This document shows, piece by piece, positions 1 through 6,518 of a stretch of DNA of 20,000 nucleotides. Each line of letters starts with the position of its first letter. Position 1 is the stretch's first letter. A model generated the notes under the pieces. It saw nothing but the letters and a program-made list of their open reading frames with translations. It was not told the origin of the DNA and ran no database searches. This stretch comes from an uncultured virus (IMG/VR IMGVR_UViG_3300045743_000142) (Duplodnaviria; Heunggongvirae; Uroviricota; Caudoviricetes; Schitoviridae), in the IMG/VR virus record IMGVR_UViG_3300045743_000142; one strand, 5' to 3'. A program made the position numbers and the translations under genes.

Positions 1-2
1 CA

Positions 3-491
3 GTGGCTTCTGCTGTCTTGGCTACTTCTTCTGTCACGGCCAGCCTGACGACATCGATTCGAATGGCTGGGACTTTGGTTGCCCAGCCTCAGTTCACACC
101 AGTACTGACGAACCGCATCCTGTTGCGAGCCGTCCTGGCTGCCGAAGCATCTCTTGGTGGGGCAATCACCGTACTACCGGCTGCACTGGCAGCCAGGCTG
201 ATAGGCCGGGCTCAACTCACTGCAACGATCGAGACGGAGAAACGAGCTGAGGCCAGCATTCAATCCAGGGCTTCAATACTCTGCGATCTGTCTACTGGAC
301 CCGGCTTGGGTATCGTTCCGGCAGAGCGTGGTTACTACGTTGTTCCGGACCTTCGCTACTATCTAATGCCAGGTGAAAACCGAGGGTTTATCACCCCTGC
401 GGAAAATAGAATCTATACTCCAGATTCTGAAGACCGGTTGCTTGGTGTTTCTGCAGAGAGCCGGGTATGTATTCTTGAAGGGACAGTATGA
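3..491 (+). CDS. Putative tail-associated structural protein, C-terminal part (5' truncated by window)
   Basis: Ala/Thr/Ser-rich ORF open from the window edge, ending in repeated (E/D)xR motifs; ATGA overlap with the next tail-type gene. Confidence 0.5.
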   Translation: MASAVLATSSVTASLTTSIRMAGTLVAQPQFTPVLTNRILLRAVLAAEASLGGAITVLPAALAARLIGRAQLTATIETEKRAEASIQSRASILCDLSTGPGLGIVPAERGYYVVPDLRYYLMPGENRGFITPAENRIYTPDSEDRLLGVSAESRVCILEGTV

Positions 492-793
492 CCGAGACCT
501 TTGTTCTCCTCGCTGGAAAACCTACGATCGTCAAGGATCCAAACTCCCGTCTTGACTACACACTGGATTTCTCTGACTGGCTTCCCAAGCCAGTTGACAC
601 CATCGCAAGCGTCTCGTTTCCAGATACCGTGGGCGTGACTGTTGATAGCAGCAGTATTGTCGAAGACAGCAAAGTCGTTGTCTGGGTAACTGGTGGGGTT
701 GTTGCAGCCCCGGCTTCAGTCACTGTTCGAGTGGTTACCGTAGCCGGTCGCATTGAAGACCGTACCATTTACTTCAGAATTAAGGAACGATGA
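488..793 (+). CDS. Putative phage fiber-tail adaptor protein
   Basis: Recalled family motifs KDPxxxLDYxxDFSDWL, VVVWVTGG and T-x-x-GRxEDRT; coupled to neighbours by ATGA overlaps. Confidence 0.65.
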   Translation: MTETFVLLAGKPTIVKDPNSRLDYTLDFSDWLPKPVDTIASVSFPDTVGVTVDSSSIVEDSKVVVWVTGGVVAAPASVTVRVVTVAGRIEDRTIYFRIKER

Positions 794-1032
794 TGAGCGA
801 TATCCAAGAAACCATTGGATCAACTGTCCATGCAGTAGCCAGCAAAGTCACCGGCAGCGGGTCTGCCATTACTGTGGTCAGTTGGTATGTCAACTTTGAC
901 TGGGGCTTGTGGTTGGGTCTTCTGATTGGTTTGGCAGGACTGGTGGTGAACTGGTACTTCAAGCGTCAAGAAAACCAGCGCATGCAAGAAGAGCATGACG
1001 CCAAGATGGTCATGATGCAGGACCCGTCATGA
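790..1032 (+). CDS. Holin (HP1-like; start may be the second ATG at 793)
   Basis: 80 aa with hydrophobic helix DWGLWLGLLIGLAGLVVNWYFKR and a charged C-tail; immediately upstream of the endolysin; AAGGA RBS at 782-786. Confidence 0.85.
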   Translation: MMSDIQETIGSTVHAVASKVTGSGSAITVVSWYVNFDWGLWLGLLIGLAGLVVNWYFKRQENQRMQEEHDAKMVMMQDPS

Positions 1033-1535
1033 GCAGGGTTCGCATTGCAGTCGCAGCCCTGAGCCTCAGCGCTGTTGGCTTCATCAGCCTGGTGAGCGGT
1101 GAAGGCTTCGTCGACAAAGCCATGGTGCCGACCAAAGGAGATAGGCCCACCGTGGGCTTTGGAAGCACCTTCCAGGCTGACGGTTCACCGGTGAAGATGG
1201 GTGACACCACCACACCGGTGCGTGCCTTGGTGACGGCTGAGGCCCACATCAACAAGCAGGAAGAGCTGTTCCGGCAGTCCTTGACCGGAGCCAGCCTCAG
1301 CCAGGTCGAGTTCGATGTCTACATGGACTTCGTCTACCAGTACGGCACAGCCAACTGGTCGAGCTCGAGCATGCGTCGGGAGCTCCTGGCTGGCAACTAC
1401 CAAGCTGCCTGTGATGCCTTGTTGCAATGGAAGCGAGCTGCCGGCTACGACTGCTCGACACCTGGCAACAAGCGTTGCTGGGGTGTCTGGGAACGTCAAC
1501 TCGCCCGTCACCAGAAATGTGTGGGGGCTCTGTGA
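1029..1535 (+). CDS. Endolysin, GH24 lysozyme, probable SAR type
   Basis: N-terminal weakly hydrophobic Ala/Ser/Gly-rich segment (RIAVAALSLSAVGFISLV) followed by catalytic-type E-G...GDRPTVGFGST; C-terminal ACDALLQW...GVWERQ. Confidence 0.93.
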   Translation: MSRVRIAVAALSLSAVGFISLVSGEGFVDKAMVPTKGDRPTVGFGSTFQADGSPVKMGDTTTPVRALVTAEAHINKQEELFRQSLTGASLSQVEFDVYMDFVYQYGTANWSSSSMRRELLAGNYQAACDALLQWKRAAGYDCSTPGNKRCWGVWERQLARHQKCVGAL

Positions 1536-1876
1536 TGTGGCAAGGCGCACTGGCTGGAGCCTTGCTTGCTGTCGTTCTGGCTGCTTACGGTGGCTACCGC
1601 ACAGGTAGCACCTTCAAGCAAAGCGAGTGGGACGCTGCTGTCCTAGGGAAACAGAAGGGTGAAGCTGCTGCTCTCAAAGCTGCGGCTGAAGCCATCGCAA
1701 AGATCGAGGTGAAAAGTGAACAACTCATCCAGCCTGTTCGTGTCGAGATTCGCACGAACACTGTGTACCGCGATTGCAAGCACTCTGATGACAGCTTGCG
1801 CAACCTCAACGCCCTCATTGGTGGAACCGAACCCACTGGTAGTGGCGTCGTGCCCTCAGCCAACGCCCCTCGGTGA
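1535..1876 (+). CDS. Inner-membrane spanin (Rz-like)
   Basis: ATG at 1535 overlaps the endolysin stop; N-terminal TM helix, Ala-rich coiled coil, TVYRDC motif. Confidence 0.8.
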   Translation: MWQGALAGALLAVVLAAYGGYRTGSTFKQSEWDAAVLGKQKGEAAALKAAAEAIAKIEVKSEQLIQPVRVEIRTNTVYRDCKHSDDSLRNLNALIGGTEPTGSGVVPSANAPR

Positions 1877-1997
1877 TTCGAGCTTCGGTGCAACCACAGA
1901 GAAGCTCATGTGGTTTGCAGTGAACTACCGCAAGTGTCGTGAAGCTGCTCTGGCTACCAACGTCACCAATATCAGCACTACGAAAGACCCTCGATGA
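1716..1997 (+). CDS. Outer-membrane spanin lipoprotein (Rz1-like), overlapping Rz; start may be GTG 1740
   Basis: Different frame inside the 3' half of Rz; signal-like RFARTLCTAIASTLMTA-C (near-consensus lipobox) followed by a Pro-rich segment and two further Cys. Confidence 0.75.
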   Translation: MNNSSSLFVSRFARTLCTAIASTLMTACATSTPSLVEPNPLVVASCPQPTPLGDSSFGATTEKLMWFAVNYRKCREAALATNVTNISTTKDPR

Positions 1998-3178
1998 TCG
2001 ATCTTCTGTTGATGAAGCATGCCACTCCTCGTCAGACGGAGTATCTGAAAGCCATTGAAACTCATGGATCGGCCTACAAGGCAGCTAAAGCTCTAGGAGT
2101 GAGCGCAGGTAGCATCCACAACTCGATGGAGTCTCTGAAGCGGTTTGCGGCCTCTCAGGGTAGTGCTCGAGGCCACTTCGTTAGTGGTGTTGCACCTGGT
2201 TTCGCTATGGGCAAAGTGACCGTACAACGGGATGCTCACGGTGAGGTGGAACGTACGTGGGAACGGCAATCACCTGAGCAAGCCAATCAAATGGCTATGC
2301 TGAAGGAATTCGCAGTTACCCTGGGTGAGGGTGTCAAAGGTCTTGCACCCGTCTCCAAGGCCCCATTGCATGCCTCCAATGACCTGCTCTGCATCTACCC
2401 TTGGGGAGATCCTCACTTCGGCATGTTGGCTTGGTGGGAAGACGCTGGTGCAGACTTTGACCTTGACGAAGCAGAACGGCTCACTACAGGTGCTGTCGAT
2501 CGATTGGTAGACACTGCTCCTGTTGGTTCGATCGGATTGCTCCTGAATCTAGGCGATATGTTCCATGCCGATAACCAGAAGAACCAAAGCCAGTCTGGTC
2601 ATCAATTGGACGTCTCTGCTCGATGGGCTCAGGTTCAACAGGTTGGTTTGCGGGCAATGATTCACTGTGTGCGAAGGATGCTGGAGAAACACTCTCTGGT
2701 GATCGTGAAGATCAATAGAGGAAACCATGATGACCACAGTTCGTATGCTTTGTCTCTCATGCTGTCTTGTTACTTCCACAATGATCCACGGGTCAAGGTG
2801 GACCTCTCACCAAGCAATACCTGGTACTACGAGTTTGGTTCTGTACTGATTGGTTCAACCCATGGGGATGAAATCAAGGGCAAGGACATGGGTGCGGTGA
2901 TGGCAGCAGACAAGCCGCAGGCTTGGGGGCGCACCACTCACCGCTACTGGATGGTCGGCCATGTACACCACAAGGATGTGAAAGAGTACCCTGGCGTCAT
3001 CGTCGAGTACTTCCGCACCCTTGCAGCTCGAGATGCCTGGCACCAAGGCATGGGCTACCGTGCAGGTAGAGACATGCAGCTCGTGGTGATGCACCGTGAG
3101 CATGGTGAGATCGAACGCCACAGGTGTGACGTTGGAATGCTCACGGCTTCTGCTCAAGTCCTTGCTCTAGTCGCTTAA
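1994..3178 (+). CDS. N-terminal HTH fused to a calcineurin-like metallophosphoesterase
   Basis: HTH-like TPRQTEYLKAIETHGSAYKAAKALGVSAGSI; phosphoesterase motifs GDPH, LGDMFH, GNHD, THGD, GHVHH. Confidence 0.85.
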   Translation: MIDLLLMKHATPRQTEYLKAIETHGSAYKAAKALGVSAGSIHNSMESLKRFAASQGSARGHFVSGVAPGFAMGKVTVQRDAHGEVERTWERQSPEQANQMAMLKEFAVTLGEGVKGLAPVSKAPLHASNDLLCIYPWGDPHFGMLAWWEDAGADFDLDEAERLTTGAVDRLVDTAPVGSIGLLLNLGDMFHADNQKNQSQSGHQLDVSARWAQVQQVGLRAMIHCVRRMLEKHSLVIVKINRGNHDDHSSYALSLMLSCYFHNDPRVKVDLSPSNTWYYEFGSVLIGSTHGDEIKGKDMGAVMAADKPQAWGRTTHRYWMVGHVHHKDVKEYPGVIVEYFRTLAARDAWHQGMGYRAGRDMQLVVMHREHGEIERHRCDVGMLTASAQVLALVA

Positions 3179-3329
3179 TCACAGCCTCCCGAATACGAAT
3201 CTCTTCGGGAGTCTTGTGGTGGAAGAACGTAGTCTCATGCCCAGCCATGTACTGGGTATGACTGCAGTAGATCCAGACAGCTAGGAAGATCCAGAAAGCT
3301 GTCCAAGGTAGTGCGTTACCTTCAATCAT
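3141..3329 (-). CDS. Small hypothetical membrane protein (62 aa)
   Basis: ATG 3329 with AAAGGA RBS; hydrophobic N-terminus LPWTAFWIFLAVWIYC; last gene of the minus-strand block. Confidence 0.6.
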   Translation of the reverse strand: MIEGNALPWTAFWIFLAVWIYCSHTQYMAGHETTFFHHKTPEEIRIREAVIKRLEQGLEQKP

Positions 3330-3567
3330 TGGTTTGTCCTTTGTAGTAGAACTCTTCAGACATCCGTTGAGCAACCTTATCATTGACATACTTGTCGAGC
3401 CAAGCTGCTCTACGGCCTTTGCGATCCAGAATCTCAAACTCGAACTCTGCACCCTCTGAGGGGTAGCAGTTCTCGGGTCTACCCAAGAGCTGAGCTGGAA
3501 CTTCTGGCTTGTAGTGGATCACCTGGCACTGGCAGGGTATGCCATTGACGGTGGTATCGAAGATCAT
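3322..3567 (-). CDS. Hypothetical phage protein
   Basis: 81 aa ORF in a coupled chain; GIPCQCQV...PENCYP...EFEILDRKGRRAAWL resembles small conserved proteins of N4-like phages (recall only). Confidence 0.75.
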   Translation of the reverse strand: MIFDTTVNGIPCQCQVIHYKPEVPAQLLGRPENCYPSEGAEFEFEILDRKGRRAAWLDKYVNDKVAQRMSEEFYYKGQTND

Positions 3568-3740
3568 GGAAATAACTCTTCCGTAGATCGAGAATCATCA
3601 GGTGACTCGTCAGTGGTAAAGGTATCAGTGTTCCAGTCACACTCAAGATTACCTAGAGCACTACATAGCCGCTCATACGCTTCTTTTGGTGTACCTGCTG
3701 TTACCGTAATGGTGACGTTTAGGAAAGTAGTTTCCATCAT
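3564..3740 (-). CDS. Hypothetical protein (58 aa, not in ORF track)
   Basis: Hand translation MMETTFLNVTITVTAGTPKEAYERLCSALG...EELFP; ATGA overlaps at both ends. Confidence 0.7.
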   Translation of the reverse strand: MMETTFLNVTITVTAGTPKEAYERLCSALGNLECDWNTDTFTTDESPDDSRSTEELFP

Positions 3741-3940
3741 GCTTTCACCTGTGCAGCTTCCTTGAGTCGAGCAAAGTTAGCCTGAACAAAGTCATAGGCT
3801 TCTTCACTCAAGCCAGTCAACCACCTAGCACGGTGATCGAACATGTTGTACTTAGCACTACTACGCACCTTTTCGTAGGCTTTCCATGCTTCTATCTGAA
3901 GCTGGGTGAAGGGTAGGGGAGTATCTCCACTGTCGTTCAT
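3737..3940 (-). CDS. Hypothetical protein
   Basis: 67 aa ORF tiling the operon; YEKVRSSAKYNMFD motif. Confidence 0.7.
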   Translation of the reverse strand: MNDSGDTPLPFTQLQIEAWKAYEKVRSSAKYNMFDHRARWLTGLSEEAYDFVQANFARLKEAAQVKA

Positions 3941-3943
3941 GGT

Positions 3944-4129
3944 TTAGTCCGTATAGCTACCGCGGTGAGCTGGTGTGATCACAGCTTCCTCGGGATTCTT
4001 TTTCAAAGCCACCTTGACTGCATGGCGAGCTGCCCGCTCCTCTGACTTCATCAAGCATTGGCCAAACTTGGAGGCTTTGCCTCGTCTGCACTGAGTACAG
4101 CTGCAGGACTTCACGGTACCCTTGTACAT
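3944..4129 (-). CDS. Small basic Cys-containing hypothetical protein
   Basis: 61 aa with CxCxxC motif; start abuts the upstream stop (TGA-ATG). Confidence 0.7.
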   Translation of the reverse strand: MYKGTVKSCSCTQCRRGKASKFGQCLMKSEERAARHAVKVALKKNPEEAVITPAHRGSYTD

Positions 4130-4273
4130 TCAGGATTCCTCGTGAGCCAAGTGAAGGAATAGGTACACCATAGCCAGGTAGGCTGCATCAGGATGACCAT
4201 GACGGTTGAATCGGTTGGTGTAGTACTTGTGCCAGCCGATATTTGTGTTGGGGTACTTGGATGGGGTTCTCAT
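4130..4273 (-). CDS. Hypothetical protein (47 aa, not in ORF track)
   Basis: Hand translation MRTPSKYPNTNIGWHKYYTNRFNRHGHPDAAYLAMVYLFLHLAHEES; stop directly adjoins the next ATG. Confidence 0.6.
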   Translation of the reverse strand: MRTPSKYPNTNIGWHKYYTNRFNRHGHPDAAYLAMVYLFLHLAHEES

Positions 4274-4328
4274 GGTGTATATTCCGTTTACCGGCTGCGG
4301 GTATCAGCAGTATCTCCAAGGAATTGAA

Positions 4329-4406
4329 ATGCTGCAAGCGACGAAGAAGACTGCCCCCGTCAAGAAGAGCGGTGGTGGTAAAAAGGGTGGTGGCGGTAAG
4401 TGCTGA
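4329..4406 (+). CDS. Putative 25-aa Lys/Gly-rich peptide (MLQATKKTAPVKKSGGGKKGGGGKC)
   Basis: AAGGA RBS at 4318-4322, 6 nt before the ATG; occupies the only ~200 bp gap in the minus-strand gene chain here; followed by a bidirectional terminator. Confidence 0.55.
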   Translation: MLQATKKTAPVKKSGGGKKGGGGKC

Positions 4407-4441
4407 ACCACTGAACTACCGATCTCCTACAAGGAGATACG

Positions 4442-4470
4442 AAAACGCCCTGGTGATCCCAGGGCGTTTT
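4442..4470. terminator. Bidirectional intrinsic terminator
   Basis: Perfect 12-bp inverted repeat AAAACGCCCTGG-tgatc-CCAGGGCGTTTT between convergent stops at 4406 and 4473. Confidence 0.8.
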
Positions 4471-4472
4471 GC

Positions 4473-4637
4473 TTACTGCTTCGGTAGTGCGGACACAGAA
4501 ACACCAACCAGAGGGTCGATGCTTCCGTTGTCGTTGAAGGTATCCGTCAGATGCTCTGCTGCGGAGATGCCCAAGTTCTGGGCATCTTCCAAGTCATCTG
4601 CTTCTACCGTAAGTACTAAGGTGACTTCTACTTTCAA
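4473..4637 (-). CDS. Small acidic hypothetical protein (54 aa, TTG start, not in ORF track)
   Basis: MKVEVTLVLTVEADDLEDAQNLGISAAEHL...; TTGA overlap with the vWA stop; ends 2 nt before the terminator. Confidence 0.65.
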   Translation of the reverse strand: MKVEVTLVLTVEADDLEDAQNLGISAAEHLTDTFNDNGSIDPLVGVSVSALPKQ

Positions 4638-5950
4638 GCAGTCACGCCTTGAGCCTTACCAGCCACCTTCATCAGAGCTGAAGGCACCGACCACTTGCGA
4701 CCCTTGGGGGCCAAAGAGTTCTTCAGGATGGCCGTCTGCACGATGCCGTGAGCACCACAGAACATCCGAGCGTCTTCACGAGTCTCGAAGTACCGGAAGT
4801 TCGGAGTCACCGGGATCGGGCTCTTGGTGGGTGTGGTAGACACCGGCACTTGGAGCAGCTGTACCGGTGCAGTAGGAGCCGCCACAGGAGCCTTGGGCTG
4901 CAGGTAAGCCAGGTCCGCTGCAGTGAACGGAACACCAAGTTCCTTCCAGTACACGACACCCGAACCACCGACCAGTTTGCGGTTCACCGACTCGCTCTGA
5001 ATGAACAGGTCGAAGTTCTTGTGGTCACCAGGGTGCAGACGGGCATTCCGATCGGTCGGCAGACCAATCATCTGGCGAGCTTCCTTGCCAGAGTAGATCT
5101 TGCCGGTGACCTTCTCACGTACCAGAACCAGCTTGGTGTGGGACACCTTGGCTTCGGTCTTCGACAGTTGGTAGAAGGCAGCACCCTTCAGGTACTCCAT
5201 GCGGTGCTTCAGGATGAAGTCACGGATCTGGATGCCTTCGTCAGCCGGGTCTACCACATACAGGCTGACCTTCTTCGAGATGTCTTCCAGCACCGCCAGG
5301 TTGACCTGGGCAGCGTTGGCGTAGAACGAGCTCGAAGCGGTAGCGCCGGCGCTACGGGCAGCAAAGAAGCTACCCATGGCAGTGGTGGTCACCTGGGTCG
5401 ATGCAGCCATGCCGGCTTCCGTGGTATCCCACTTCTGGATGTTGTCCTTGGGGAAGCCAATGCGTTCCAGTTGGGCCAGGGTCCACTGGTTGGCAGTCGA
5501 CGGCACACGGGCCACGAACGACCAGCGACCGGTTGCCTTGACCGAGTTGATCAGGTCCGTCAGCGACTTCTCGTTGTAGAACGTGCTGTGGGCCTCTTCA
5601 CCGTCCGTGGTCACGAGGACCAGGAAGGAGACGTTCGTATCGGTGGCATCCGGCAGACCCTTGAACAGGTTCACCAGGTCAGCGATGCCGTCGAACAGCG
5701 GGGTGCCACCGTTGGTGGGCCACGAGGTCATGGGACGCAGCACGTGGGGGTTGGAGATCACCACCTGGCGCTTGGTCAGGGAGCCACCGGGGACACCCAC
5801 ACCGACCACCGACACCACGGTGTCAAGCATCTCGGTGTTGGCTGCGTTCTTCACGGCAGCGATCTGTGCGTTGTAGTCGGTCAAGGCTGCACGAGCCAGG
5901 TTCTGCATCGAGCCAGAGTGGTCGTTGACGAATCCGATGTAGTTCTTCAT
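4634..5950 (-). CDS. vWA (MIDAS) domain protein with additional C-terminal domains
   Basis: DHSGSM (DxSxS), GGTPLFDGI and VLVTTDGEE motifs; second domain with GAAFYQL...ARQMIGLP...FIQSESVNRKL; Pro/Ala linker and short C-terminal module. Confidence 0.88.
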   Translation of the reverse strand: MKNYIGFVNDHSGSMQNLARAALTDYNAQIAAVKNAANTEMLDTVVSVVGVGVPGGSLTKRQVVISNPHVLRPMTSWPTNGGTPLFDGIADLVNLFKGLPDATDTNVSFLVLVTTDGEEAHSTFYNEKSLTDLINSVKATGRWSFVARVPSTANQWTLAQLERIGFPKDNIQKWDTTEAGMAASTQVTTTAMGSFFAARSAGATASSSFYANAAQVNLAVLEDISKKVSLYVVDPADEGIQIRDFILKHRMEYLKGAAFYQLSKTEAKVSHTKLVLVREKVTGKIYSGKEARQMIGLPTDRNARLHPGDHKNFDLFIQSESVNRKLVGGSGVVYWKELGVPFTAADLAYLQPKAPVAAPTAPVQLLQVPVSTTPTKSPIPVTPNFRYFETREDARMFCGAHGIVQTAILKNSLAPKGRKWSVPSALMKVAGKAQGVTA

Positions 5951-5969
5951 GTGTGTTTGTGTTGAGACG

Positions 5970-5993
5970 AAAAAATGGCTCCACTAGGGAGCC
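5970..5993 (-). terminator. Intrinsic terminator-like hairpin
   Basis: Minus strand GGCTCC-ctagt-GGAGCC-A-TTTTTT downstream of the 6020 stop. Confidence 0.6.
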
Positions 5994-6019
5994 GGGTTGA
6001 GGGAACAGGTAGGTACTAA

Positions 6020-6247
6020 CTAGAAAGGAGTCAATCCCTTGTCGAAGGGTGTATCCGTGAAATCAACCCACACCCATGCTTGGACGTAGGTACCGTTGTC
6101 ATCGCCCTCAGAAAGAGTAGCGTTGTCATCGACCTCGAGTAAACCTTCACTGACGCATTGGTCTTTGGCCATTTTGACGATTGCAACTCGTCGAGTTTCA
6201 ACCTCGTGTGCAGCGTCTATGTGGGCTGTTTCTTCAGGGCTTGGCAT
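6020..6247 (-). CDS. Hypothetical phage protein
   Basis: Likely start ATG 6247 overlapping the upstream TGA; EVDDNATLSEGDDNGTYVQAWVWV motif. Confidence 0.7.
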   Translation of the reverse strand: MPSPEETAHIDAAHEVETRRVAIVKMAKDQCVSEGLLEVDDNATLSEGDDNGTYVQAWVWVDFTDTPFDKGLTPF

Positions 6248-6510
6248 CACAAATCCCCCATGCTCAAAGGCTCCAATCGAAAGCACTGAATCGTAACTAC
6301 TTCATCATCTGTGTTTGTGGTGATCAGTAAACCATCTTGATCTTCACAGAAGGATGCTTTCTGATCACGGATGCAGATCTGTTCTTCGGCGTACTCACCT
6401 ATCAGAGTGGCTGTTCGATCCTGAGGATCACAGCAGACATCAAAACCGTCTCCGTTGATCACAGCCTTTCCGGTCTTACTCAGTACGTCGTATGTGCTTA
6501 CTTGTGGCAT
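6247..6510 (-). CDS. Hypothetical acidic protein
   Basis: 87 aa; AAGGAAACCA-ATG right after the polymerase stop. Confidence 0.7.
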   Translation of the reverse strand: MPQVSTYDVLSKTGKAVINGDGFDVCCDPQDRTATLIGEYAEEQICIRDQKASFCEDQDGLLITTNTDDEVVTIQCFRLEPLSMGDL

Positions 6511-6518
6511 TGGTTTCC

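Noticed and set aside
790..795. Holin dual-start (holin/antiholin) motif
   Set aside because: Met-Met with no intervening basic residue; the first ATG is only 3 nt from the RBS, so this is probably a single start at 793.
4243..4839. 198-aa + strand ORF
   Set aside because: Crosses a strong bidirectional terminator and overlaps three better-supported minus-strand genes; no RBS or motifs.
4748..5965. 405-aa + strand ORF
   Set aside because: Antisense shadow of the codon-biased vWA gene; no recognisable motifs.
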